Notes under the pieces: model-generated | What the model was told of the DNA's origin: nothing | Databases searched by the model: none | Seen by the model: only the letters and a program-made list of their open reading frames with translations | NCBI GenBank assembly: GCA_017654855.1 | Contig: CM030335.1 | Span: forward strand, 620,001-684,000 | Direction: 5' to 3' | Length of the DNA: 64,000 nucleotides | Source of the DNA: Podospora anserina | Taxonomy: Eukaryota | Part shown: piece after piece, positions 21,866 to 34,130 of the stretch | Numbering within the stretch: position 1 is the first letter of the stretch | Layout of the letters: each line of letters begins with the position of its first letter | Translations under genes and position numbers: made by a program

Positions 21866-22529
21866 TCAAGCAGCAATAGGCTCCGGCCTGGGGTTAAACA
21901 CAGCCTCGAGCAGATCATTGATAACCTTGTCCTGGCTCTTCTTGCCCGCCTCCCTGATCTTGGCGATCTGAGCGTCGGCCTCCTTGTTGGCTTCTTCCTC
22001 GGCGGCCTTGTTGCCTTGGGTGTGCTGTACTTTCCATTAGCACCCAGTCCCCCTCTATTTTCTCTCCAGAAGACAAACCTCGGCCTCAAACTTCTTGTAC
22101 TCCTCCTCCTTCTTGGCGCGGTAGGCTTCAATCTCCTTTTTGGCTTCGTCGCGGGCTTCACGGACGCGCTTGGTGCGGTCTGTTTTTTTGTGAGTAGTTG
22201 CTCGATCGGGGTGGTGGTATGGGAAGGGGACGGGAACGTACACTCGCGAGCTAGACAGGACGGACAGAGGGGTGTTAACTTTGTTTATGGGATAACAGTC
22301 GGGCGGTTGGGGGGGTGGGGGGGGAGAATACCCTTTTGCACAATCTTGCTGGCGTCTCTCTCAGCCTACCAATATGTCAACTACTCACGTCATGGAATAC
22401 ATGCTGGCAAAAGGGCAACAAACGTCGAGAAGGGTCTGGATCCCGGCGGAGTTTTGGGCCGACTGTAGACAGAGCAACCTGTTAGCAACGGTGATGGATG
22501 CGACGGGGGGCAATGGCAAGGCAGACCAT
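21866..22529 (-). CDS. VMA10: V-type ATPase subunit G; 6 exons including an ATG-only first coding exon and a 9-nt microexon
   Basis: Spliced product MSAQNSAGIQTLLDAERDASKIVQKAREYRTKRVREARDEAKKEIEAY...; canonical splice sites. Confidence 0.92.
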
Positions 22530-22933
22530 CTTTAATGTATGGGTCTGTAGTTATCTCAAGGTTGGTTGGCTGGTTGGTTGGGAAGGAGGAAAAAGCGGCA
22601 CTGGCTGGCGTGATTACAAGTCGTGTTGAGTTGATGTCAATGTCTAGATAGGTCGATGGATGGATTCAATGCTCTTGTTTCGATGTTGTCGCTGCTGCGC
22701 AACCAACAGCAGCTCCCACACCACAGCTCCCCCCGCAAGGCAGGGATCCAGGGTTCACCCTGCCGCTGACGCTGACGTACATTTTGCCTGCCGCCAGTAC
22801 CCAACAAACAGGCGGTCAGAACCGGCAGAATTGATCGCCCTCTCATCATCCCATGTGTCAATCGCAATGCGACTGACAAATCGATTGGAAATAACTTCTC
22901 CCAAAACGAATCGTCACAAAAACAAACCAAAAA

Positions 22934-23278
22934 ATGTCAAAAGCCTCCAAACTCACCCTCCTGGGAACCTCCCTCTTCGCGCTGGGCACAGTCGTCTTCG
23001 TGCACTACCAGCAAAAGGCCGAGCAACAAGTATGTTCATCCCAAACCTCCAACCTTGATGGCCAGGATAGGTGGTTGACCCGAGAACAGGCCATGCACCA
23101 AGGCGTAATCCGCGACATGGAACAACAACGCCTAAAACGCGAGCGACAAGCCGACTTCGACATGCAGCGCGCCCTCGAGGCCGAGTACAAAAAGGACCAA
23201 AGCGTCAGGGACACAACCGCCGAGATGGACCCAGCATTGTCAAAAAGAGGGGGGTTGAACGTGCCGGTAGCCAGGTAG
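22934..23278 (+). CDS. PET117: Cytochrome c oxidase assembly factor; intron 23030-23089
   Basis: 'MSKASKLTL..TVVFVHYQQKAEQQAMHQGVIRDMEQQRLKRERQADFDMQRALE'. Confidence 0.88.
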   Translation: MSKASKLTLLGTSLFALGTVVFVHYQQKAEQQVCSSQTSNLDGQDRWLTREQAMHQGVIRDMEQQRLKRERQADFDMQRALEAEYKKDQSVRDTTAEMDPALSKRGGLNVPVAR

Positions 23279-23729
23279 CATTGGTGGTGGTCAAGGGAAG
23301 AAAAAAAAACACTGAGAGATAGATACCCACGATGGCTTCATGTATAAAATATGTATCATTACACTTCTCACACATCATCTTACGTACCATATTGTTTGTG
23401 CTAATATCTACAAGCAAACAAACAAACGCAAAAGATGAAAAGATAATCTCCCCCGCTTCCAGTCTCGCTGCTGCCTCTCAACGCAGAAACGTTGCCGGCT
23501 CCTAAACCAAAGCCCACTTCAGAATAATGCCCATCCCTACCTGGCAGGCTACCTTTTAATGACAAAACCTCTTGCAAAAACGCCAAAACGTCCCCTTGCC
23601 CAAAACGGATGCATGTGAATTTTATTTGTTTTGTTGCTCCCCTCTTGACGGCTAGCTTGATTGCTGGGTATGGTTGCTTGCCGCCATTCTCAACGAGACA
23701 CCTTTGCGGTGCCCAACCCCTCAGCGCGA

Positions 23730-26700
23730 CTAGCGGACCGAGATACCCGACCTGCTGGTAAACATGCGCGAGGCAATGCCCATCGACATGAGCTCCTGGA
23801 AAAGCAGCTTGGCCGCGTACGGCATGTGTACCTGCGCAATCTTGGTCTTGTTCTTGCAAGGCCGGCATTCGAAGGATTGCTTGGTGAGGTTCCTGGAAAA
23901 ATCATCGTTAGCATCTTGTTGATGAAGAATAAAAGGGGGGGGCCTACGCGATAGGCGTCATCAACCCGCAAATCTCGCAAATGTGCACGCGGTACGCATC
24001 AGACACCTCAAACAGACGCTCCTTCAAGAACGATGCGGCGCCGTGGGCAATCATACAATCACGTTCCATTTCTCCGAAACGGAGACCGCCGTCTCTGGCA
24101 CGACCCTCAACTGGCTGACGGGTCATGATCTGGACCGGCCCACGAGCACGCGCGTGGATCTTGTCGTCCACCATGTGTCTGAGACGCTGGTAGTAGGTGG
24201 GACCAAAGAAGCACTGGGCCCGGAGCTTGCGTCCAGTGTGGCCGTGATACAGGATCTCGAAGCCACGAGACTGGTACCCCTGCTCGCGGAGCAGGTCAGA
24301 GACCGAGTCGACCGTCACGTCCGTAAAGGGGGTGGCGTCGCCTTCCAGGCCCTTAAGTGTGGCCACCTTGGAGAGCAGACACTCGACCAAATGGGCAATG
24401 GTCATACGGGACGGAATGGCGTGGGGGTTGATGATGATGTCTGGCGTGATGCCTTCGGCCGTAAAGGGCATGTCCTCCATCCGATAGGTGAGTCCAATGG
24501 TACCTTTTTGCCCGTGGCGAGACGCAAACTTGTCGCCAATCTGAGGAATCTTGGTTGTCCGCACCCTGACCTTGACGTAGCGCATGCCGTCTTGGTTGGT
24601 CGTGAGCACGACCGAGTCCACAATACCACTCTCGGTGCTGCGAAGAGGCGTCGACGCATCACGCTTGACATGCTGCTGCTGCCGTTGCCCGAGTTCGGCA
24701 TTGTCAGGGTTGATGGGCGACGTCTTTCCGATGATGATGTCTTCGCCCGACACACGGATGCCAGGAGCAATGATTCCGTCAGCATCCAGTTTGTCGTACG
24801 TCCCGTGTTTCAACCTCAACGTGTCACCGCGGGTTGGCTTCTCAAACATCTCCACAATGTTGATACCCACCCGCTTCTCGCAGTCCGTGTAGGAACGGAA
24901 GAACAGACTGCGGAAGATGCCGCGATCAATGCTGCTCTGGTTCATGACGACGGAATCTTCCTGGTTGTAGCCAGAATAACAGAGGATGGCCACAATGGCG
25001 TTCTGACCGGCAGGTAACTCTCGGAACTTGAGGAACTCCATGGACCGCGTGGTAGCCAACGGCTTTTGTGGGTAGTACAGAATATTGGCCATGGTGTCCA
25101 TGCGGCGGGAATAGTTGGTAAGGAAGAAGCCCATGGCCTGCTTACCCATGGCAGACTGGTATGTGTTACGGGGCGACTGGTTGTGGTCGGGGAACGGAAT
25201 GATACTGGCGCAGATACCGAGAAGCATGGCGGGGTGGATTTCGCAATGCGTGTACATGTGTGTCGTCTTGTTGACCTTGGTGCGGATCCTGTTGTTGCCT
25301 TGGCCAGAGGTGGTTTCGATATGGAATCCTAACTTGGTCATGCGGAAATCATCCAGATCCTGAGGGGTCATGCAGATCATGGTGGTTTCTTCCTCCTCGG
25401 CGTCCAGGTATTCAATGGCCCCCGACTTAAGGAGACCTTGCCAACCCCAGTAGTCCGGGTGATACTTGCCAAGTTCCTTGTCCCTTTGGAGCCTGGCAAT
25501 GTGGTCCTTATTGAGAATAAGTTGCCCCTTTTCTACGCCGTGGTTGCCCTTCTCCTCTTGCTCAACAGTGAAGAGCGGTCTCATGACACGGCCGGCATCA
25601 GAGAAGATCTTGAACTCGCGCTCGCGAATATCCCGAACAAGGGACACTTCGAAACTGATGACGTTCTTCCGCCTCAGATCTTGTACCAACGTGACGAGTT
25701 GCTTGGGGTCGTTGTGCACACCCACCCATGTGCCGTTCACAAACACCTTGGTCGCGTTGGGCGCGCGAAGCGGCTCGTACTCCTCCAAGACATCCATGCC
25801 GCGGGCCGTCATGAAGTCGACGATTGGGTCAGCCGGAGTACCCACACTCACGTAGCACATCAGAGACAAGTTCTTGACCAGACCGCAAGCCTGTCCCTCG
25901 GGCGTCTCGGCTGGGCAGACCAAACCCCAATGGGTGTTGTGAAGCTGTCTAGGTTTGGCAAGCTTGCCGTCACGCCCGATGGGCGTATTGGTACGTCTCA
26001 AATGGGACAGCGTGGAGGCAAAGGTATAACGGTTCAACACCTGTGACACACCAGCCGTGGAGCTCATGGCCTTCTTCTGATCACCCCAGTTCCCGGTGGC
26101 CAACGAGTACTTGAGAGCGTTTGTCAATGTGTTGGCCTTGATGCCGAGGGCCAGAGTGAAATGCTTGTTGGTGTCGAGGCAGCGCTTCATGTACCCCATG
26201 AGATCCTGTGTCATGCGACGAACAACGCCACGGAAGAGCTTGGCCAAAAGCGGACCAGCCAGATCCAACCTCTTCTTGCCAAAGTGATCACGGTCGTCAG
26301 TATCCCTGCGACCGAGCGCGCATTGGAGAAGCTTGTTGACCATGTAGCCCAAGAAGAAGGCTTTCCTCGTTTCACAACCTTCTGTCTGTGAGATGTGGGG
26401 CAACATCTCCTTCTGAAGAAGATCCTTCGCGGCCCTGATGCGGTTCATGCGGTTCTGACCCATATTCCCGTTGCCACGCTTGCCGATAAAGTCCAGAGCG
26501 ATTTCTCGGTCCTGGATGCAGAAAGCCTCCTCGATGCAAGGCCGCAAAGCCTCGAGCATCTGTGTGTCCTTGCGATCGTAGCAAATGTGGTTCAGGATAT
26601 CCTCGTCGGACACAATGCCAAGAGCACGGAAGACGATGGCGAGGGAGACATCCTCACGGACGTAAGGCAGAGTAACGCTCACGGTATTGGCCAATCTGCC

Positions 26701-27621
26701 CTTCTCATTGGATGCCTTGGTGTGCAACTTCATTTGCAGCGACGAAATCAGACGAGAGCCCTTTTCAAGAGCACTCCTGATCTCAGCCTGGTACGAGACA
26801 CTGCCTCCTGGTGGCTTCTTGAAGACTTGGACAATGTTGGCGGCCGATCGCTCCTGGGCGATCAAGACCTTCTCGGAACCGTTGATGATAAAGTAACCAC
26901 CCTGGTCGTAAGGGCACTCGTTGAGCACAAAGAGCGACTCGTCGTCCTCGCCGTACAAGTGGCAGATTTGCGACTTGACCATGACGGGAAGCTTGCCGAG
27001 GAAAATGAGGTCGCCCCTATCGTTTTCCCCCTTGGAGCCCTCTCCAGGCATGTCGCTCTCTTCCTCCTCCCATCGAATCGTCATCGGGTGCTCGCCCGTC
27101 TCCCGCATAAGCTCGTGCTGCTCGTCGTCCAGCTCGTTTAGTGGAACGGGCTCGTTGATGGCAACACGGGCGCGCTTGGAAACCTTGCAGTACATGGGCG
27201 CAGAGTATGTGAGGTTACGGTCGCGGCACTCGTAGGGCAAGAGGCTGGTTGTCTCGCCTGAAATTTCGGTGAGGGTGGGCTTCGAGATCATGACGTTGCC
27301 GAAATGAATGTCGTATCTCCGCAAAGCGATATCTCTGCCCTGGTCGTCACCGGGATTGGGATGGTCGAGTGTGAGATCGGCATATTCGTCGACGAGAGAC
27401 TGGATGGTGCTGCTGGTGAATTCATCAAAAGAATCAATCTGTTGCGACACCAGACCCTTCATATCAAAGTAGGCCGAGATGACATCCCAGCAGTCCTCCG
27501 GTGTGATGGCGGCCTCGTCCTGATCGACGCCCAACTCGTCGCCATTTTCGTAGTTGTTGTCATCGTCGAACTCGTCGCCGTAGCCGCCATACGACTGACT
27601 CTGGGTCGCGTAATCAGCCAT
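23730..27621 (-). CDS. RPB2: RNA polymerase II second-largest subunit; intron 23893-23947
   Basis: [31 protein letters not shown]; last exon supplies CRPC zinc ligands and '[11 protein letters not shown]'. Confidence 0.99.
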
Positions 27622-29481
27622 GGTTTGATGATTGTGGTCGGGTTGGAATTGGTGGGAGAGATGCCCAGCAGCCAGCTACCGAGTGGTGGGCAAAAAAGAG
27701 AAGATGAGCGACGGATTAGAAATCGCCACAAAGAGGCGGCGCGCGCATCAACTTGGGAGGAGCGCAAGGCCCTCAACGCATCAAAAAGAAGATATTCGCA
27801 AGTCGGTAGTTATTCTCCTGGATGCGGAAAGGAGTGGGTGTGTGTGTGATGGCGAAAAGAATGGAAAAGTCGCGATTCGTGAGTCGCTGGGCTTTGAAGG
27901 CGGCGACTGGTGATGGTTTGTTGCTGGACGTCGTCGCCTTCCCCAGTGGAATTTCTGCTGGCTGGAGAGGCTGAAGGTGCGGCAGGCACACCGCTAATCC
28001 TGGTTGGGTCAAAGCGCAGGGACCACCTCGACAGCTCTTTGTGCCGCACGTGATCACGCATCAAATTCACTTCATTCTTGGCCCCACCAAAAATCGCGAA
28101 TTTTTCACGCGTCTTATCTTAACTTGTCGCCTTGGCCCCTGCTCCCTCAAATGCAGTCAGATGCCGAGAAACCCATCATTGACGTGTCGGTCCACGAACA
28201 CAATCTACCATGTTGCCATATCGAGGCACAAAGCCTCAATGTGTGTCCAGTCAATATCGCACTGCATGAGAATAAAACATCATCCAGTCTCTTCCTCGAA
28301 TTTCTATCTGTCACCGAGTGAGAGCTTCCCTCCTCGGTCAATCAACCGATTCGTTTTCAATCTTTTTTTCCAGTGAGCAACCAGAGCCACTTTCTTATTT
28401 CTGAGGCTCTTTTACATTAACCTCGGTGCATCTGTCATTACATGGGCTCCACTCACCTTGGGGGTCGGTGTTGATTAGAACTACTGTCTGTGTCATTGTT
28501 GCACGTTTGACTTCTCATGATTTGGTGTCTCTCGGGTCAAGCATGTTGGGCCATCATCCTTTGTCAGTTCATTTCCCTCAAAACCATCACATTTATCAAT
28601 CCTGTCACTCTGATCTCTACCGGGCAAACCCTCCTCATTCCGTTACAGAGAGCCAGTCAACTGAGTCGAGTATCACCGTCGAAACAAACAACTCTGTGGT
28701 GCTCGGTGGTACTCGGTGGTAAATTGCCGCCTCTATTTGACCGAGGACGGAACCAACCGGCCATCCAGCTCAATGAGACTATTCGTGCACTTTTACAACT
28801 TTGCCAGCGGCTTCCCGTGGACAAAGCAGATTATCTCTGGACATACCTTATGCAGTGTCTTAACAACAATATTATACCCTCCAACAGCTTGGCACACCAA
28901 TTTTCGCCCGTAATCCAAATACCTTCCATATGCAATCAAGCATTACATCATGGCTAAAACCAAGCAGCATATTTCTTGTCGTCGAAAAACAAGTCGTTAC
29001 GCGGCCTACGTCCCGTGGGGGAAATCGTTCCCGGCATTCCGACTGCGTGGAGCAGCGACCCGCAGCGTTACATTACCCATCGTCCGCTATCCCCTTCCGG
29101 GCTTGCTCACGGCCCAGGTTCCGGGAATGCGGAGCGCCACCGTTTCAGTCAAACTGGGAGGCGGCTCGGCACTGACTTGGCCCTGAAACCTCGACCCGAG
29201 ATTTTCGGTGGGGTGGCTACCCCATGGAGCCCTGCTCCGTGATGTTTACTCGGTGACACAGGCTCGCCTGTTCCCGTCGATCGGATGGCTCGTCCAATCT
29301 GCCGTTGAGAGACCTTGCTCGTGGCGTGGGTTACGCTTGGTCCTGAGTTCTATGAGCTAAGACCGGGGGGGAAAGGAGGTGAGCAAGTATATCAAGATGG
29401 TCTTGCCCGGTGTTTTGGCCGTTTCCCTTTCGTCATCACCACCACCATTCTCCTGCTATCCTCTTTTGACCAGTAGTCAAG

Positions 29482-30443
29482 ATGCGTTCCTCAACTGTTC
29501 TTCAGACTTCTCTCCTTGCTGTCCTGCCTCTTGCCGTTCAGGCTCAGGGCGCCTCTGGGTCTGGCAAGTCTACCAGATACTGGGACTGCTGCAAGCCATC
29601 ATGTGCCTGGCCAGGTAAGGCGGCGGTCAACAGACCCGTCTTTGCCTGTGACGCCAACTTTCAGCGCATTTCCGACTCTGGTGTTGCCTCTGGCTGCAAT
29701 GGTGGCTCTGCCTACTCGTGCGCTGACCACAGTGCCTGGGCCATCAACGACAACCTCTCCTATGGCTTCGCTGCCACTGCTCTGAGCGGGGGATCCGAAG
29801 CTTCTTGGTGCTGTGCCTGTTACGAGTAAGCCTCTCCCCCTCTCCCCCGTATAACCCCTCACCACTAACATCTCCCAGACTCACCTTCACCGACGGCCCC
29901 GTCGCCGGCAAGAAAATGGTCGTCCAGTCCACCTCCACCGGCGGCGACCTCGGAAGCAACCACTTCGACCTCAACATCCCCGGCGGCGGCGTCGGCCTTT
30001 TCGACGGCTGCAAGCCCCAATTCGGCGGCCTCCCCGGCGCCACCTACGGCGGTATCTCCGACCGCAGCCAGTGCGCCTCGTTCCCCGACGCCCTCAAGCC
30101 CGGGTGCAACTGGAGGTTTGACTGGTTCAAGAACGCGGATAACCCGTCGTTTACCTTCAGACAAGTCCAGTGCCCGTCTGAGTTGACGGCGAGGAGTGGG
30201 TGCAAGCGGGATGACGATTCCCGGTTCCCGGTATTTTCTCCCCCGGGAGGCGGCAGCCAGCCCCAGCCTCAGCCGACTAGCAGTGCGGCGCAGAACCCGA
30301 ACCCGACTCCTAGCGCGGCGCCAGGTGGGTGCAGGGCTGCGAAGTATGCGCAGTGTGGTGGGCAGGGGTTTACGGGGTGCACTACTTGTGAGGCGGGGAG
30401 CACTTGCACTGCTAGCAATCAGTGGTATTCCCAGTGCCTATAA
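29482..30443 (+). CDS. Secreted GH45 endoglucanase with linker and C-terminal CBM1; intron 29826-29878
   Basis: Signal peptide; catalytic [11 protein letters not shown] and NHFDL; CBM1 [22 protein letters not shown]. Confidence 0.96.
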
Positions 30444-30852
30444 GTGGTAGAGGCCTGGGGCCGAGCTTCGTTACTTGGTTGGATGAGGTGGGCAGAGACT
30501 TGATGAACCATTCTTGTCTTTGGGGAAGGGTTTGGGGTTGAAAAATTCTCTTCTTGGTATATATGATATATTACTCTAGCAATTTCGGTTTACGCTGCGT
30601 CGGTTTCGGGTTTCTTTTTTATTTTTTTTTATTCTTTTCTCTAAACAAAACAGTTCATCATTACCTTAGCCATTATCCATACCTGTACATTGGAAGGCTT
30701 ATTCTATACAATGTAAACTATCACACAGTGGACGCCGTGCAGTGTTCACAAAGCAGTGCGTGTTTATAGTGTAAATAATGTAAATGAAGAATAAGAAGAA
30801 AACCCACAGGAAAGAGTGTTCGTTTTAAGTGTTACACGTTGCTGTTAGCTCT

Positions 30853-33774
30853 TTATCTTCCATCCAAGCGCCCTCGGGAAATGACTACCGTCTCCGTATT
30901 CCCGCTGGCCCCGAATGTCTCCATCGGAAATCTTGATGTCTCTCCTGTTGGCACACACATCAGCCTTTCTTCATTTGTTGGGGCCGACTTCCCGTTACAC
31001 CAGTCCCTGAGTAGCTCATCCTCTTGTTTACCCATTCTTTTCTCTGCCAAGCGGATCATGTATATCATCCAGCTCCCAAAATTTCCTAGCGGCTCCTTGT
31101 GAATGTCTCCTGCACGAAAATCCAGTAGAACAAGGTCATCATCCTCCAAACCCATAATGTTTGTACCTTGCAGCTCCTGATGATTCCCCCATCTCAGTCT
31201 TTCGGTGGAAAAAAAAAAAAGAGTGAACACTCTCACGGCGGGTAAAAATGCTATTGCTATCAGCACTGCCGATTGTCTCGTTTGAAACCCCAATTCTGAA
31301 CTTCTTAGCTTGTATGATGTCTTTGTCGCGCACCCACATTGACCTCAAAACGCGCACCGGAATTCTGAATTTGAACTCGTTTAACAATGATGGGTTGACC
31401 GCAACAAACGGTGAGGTAATTGGACTTCCAGGATTGCTTACTGAGCTGGCTACAAGCCAGCGCCTGTACGCTGCATGTAGGCTCCTTGACGTAAATGGCC
31501 TATCGAGAAAGTATTCGTCCAGTGTTCTTATCGGCTCAAGTGTAAATAATCCACAGCTCAAGGCATCTTGATACACCGATACTATGTCCTTGTTATTTTG
31601 GCCCCAAGGAAAAATCCATTTACATATTGGTTCAAGGTCACGCCTGGGTTTCTTGGTATAGATGCCGAGAGTCCATGAGAGTTGCTCAACGTGATTTGCC
31701 ACTGAACCTTGCCCATTGTGGATTGTTCCATAATGTGCGGCACAAATCCCAAGTCCTTGGGACGCGATGGCCGTTATCTGTCGTGTGGACGCTCTGGAAG
31801 GTGTGAGCATCCTTGGAAGCAAACAGAACTCCGTGACAGCAGCCTGCTAATGTGTGGGTGGTAGAATGAACATCAGCGAGATCCTCCTCAACACAAGAAC
31901 TTGTGGCCATTTACTGGTCTCGCTAAAGAGGGGGGGATATGGCATGTCCTGGCCTGGAAGCACCAGATCATCTAGTCAATGTTGATTGGATAAGAAGAGA
32001 CTACCTGTTCGGGTGCTGTACTCGAAAACAAAATACCTCAGACTCTAGTGGGTTTGTGTTCTGCTCAAGATTTTGACCAGTTTTGGGCGTGTTTGCAAGG
32101 TAAACAAGCGCATCACGGCTTCATGGAGACCTCCGGTACGTCTGTCAATGGCAAAGTCGGTATACGACCGCAAGCAGACATCCTGCTTAATTCTCGAAAC
32201 TCGCTTTTTGTCCTCAAGGTAATCCCGGTAAGTAAGTAGCTCATTAGATGGGAGCAATACCGTGGCGATCCGAGAAAAGTTCAAGTACCCATACTGTTTC
32301 ATTCTGTCCGGCTGCAACTGCGGTATCATCTGTGCCAATGTGCTTGATCGGTTCTGATCCATATGATATTCATGGAAATGCTTGGGCTCCAATGCAATGC
32401 TCCACTGGTCCCACGCTTTCCAATCCGGAACCCAAGATGGAAGCGAAGAATGTGGGAGGAGAGGCACAAATTCAAGGAGGCTGTAGCGCTTTGCGTTAAC
32501 CATCAACTCGGCGAAGAGTCCCACGTAAACGTGATGGCATGATAGTGAGTAATCCGCCTGCAAGTGGAAATCCTGAAGGATACCAGTAATGCCAAAGACG
32601 CGATCGCGGGGATCCGCACATTGAGAATGGCGAGTAAGTTATAGCAGCCCATCTAGACCCAGGTTCGCTGTCGAAATACCTCCACTCGCCACATGTTTCA
32701 TCCAGGGGGCTCCTGTGTACTCGAATGAAACCACCCAGTTAGCACCCTCAGTTTTGCCACGGCGAGTAAATTGCAGCAGCTCATCTAGAGCCACATGTTT
32801 CATCCAGGGGCCTTCTGTTTGCTTGAATGAATCCACCCAGTTAGCATGATCTTGTCCCGATGCCCGGGCATCCCAAAAGTCAATATTTCCACCCTCATCA
32901 GCACACAAGATGCAAGAGGAATTTCCTGAACAACCCAGAGTCGAGTGAAAAATCGTCTGCAAAGTATGCATACGGTCTCGTGGCCGAAAACAGGAAGACC
33001 ATTCAAATCTCGTTTCAACCGAAGCTCGTCGATTGGTTCCAAGGTTCTTCGCTTAGCATGTTGACCGGGAGGGAGGAGCCATGCAATATCTGGACCGAGA
33101 TACACCACGACTTGGATACATTGGCGGTAGATTGCCCCCATTCTGTCAACTTGTGAACCTCGTTCAACGGCATCTTCCTGGTTGATACAGATGGCGTCAA
33201 TCCACATCAGTCGAATCCCTCACCCGGGACGAAGAAACCGCAGCATCTCCCAACAATTGCGAGTCTGAAAGCTGACATCCCCATATGGCCCCACGAACAC
33301 GGGATACTTCTTGGTGTTGTCGTCCTCTTCCCCGCCCCAGGTGTAGGATGCCGTTTCGTATTCAGGACAGTTGTCCATTGAGTGTATTTCAAGATCAAGA
33401 TGGACTGGCTGGTCATGACTTGGACTGCTGGTGATACAGGCCAGGCGAAACTCCCCATAACAGAGCTTGCCAGGATAGATCGAAGAGTTCGTCGAAGTGT
33501 CGGGGTCATTGCCGTCATTGTTGATCTCGTCTTCGCGCGTATATCTGCCTTTAGAACTTTCTCCAATCCAAGGGACAGAAGGAGGCCATCACAGGTCCAT
33601 TTTCCCTTTTGGTTCATCGGGTGGAGGGGCCGGAAACGGGTTGCGATTTTTTTGCTCGCCCAGTAGCCTTTCCAGGTCTGGGGCACAATCGCAAGAGCGA
33701 CATGATGGAAGCAAGGTGACGCCATCCAGACTGATATCTGGCGTTAGGCACTCGGGTTCATGCCAGCGCGTCAT
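30853..33774 (-). pseudogene. Disrupted HET-domain gene
   Basis: HET motifs YETASYTWGG, MWIDAICINQED, FTRLWVVQE, DPRDRVFG and LPSWVPDW lie in different frames; in-frame TGA at 33589-33591 and near 33220; homopolymer run near 31210. Confidence 0.75.
32688..32846. repeat. Diverged direct repeat of about 57 bp (32688-32744 / 32790-32846), 102-bp offset, inside the HET pseudogene
   Basis: gccacatgtttcatccagggg...gaatgaa.ccacccagttagca occurs twice; encodes ANWV.SF..T..PWMKHVA twice. Confidence 0.85.
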
Positions 33775-34130
33775 TTTGTCGAGCTAGACAATTCTTTGAG
33801 AATGGTTCCGGCCCTTGTGCAGTTCAAGGTTCTGCCCGAGCCCGACATTGATGGATGTTCAGAAAAAAACGCCCAACATCACAAGCTTTATCTCACTGAT
33901 GCCCTCACAGTCGCAAAATGCGCCTCTGGCTCGGTGCATCACGTGTCTGAAATGTCAAGACTTTTACCGTGCACTGGGTAGTCTCCTTATAGAATATTTC
34001 AAACAACTTCAGATTGCTGATGAAAGCTAGAGTACCTAACCGTGCAGCCTAATCATAGAAAATAACAACAATGTGGACAAATTATTAGTACCTCTACCCC
34101 CCGAGCATTACCTGAGCAACAGTGGTAAAC

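Noticed and set aside
28000-29400. Several short ORFs between RPB2 and GH45
   Set aside because: No recognisable motifs or codon bias; treated as intergenic/promoter DNA
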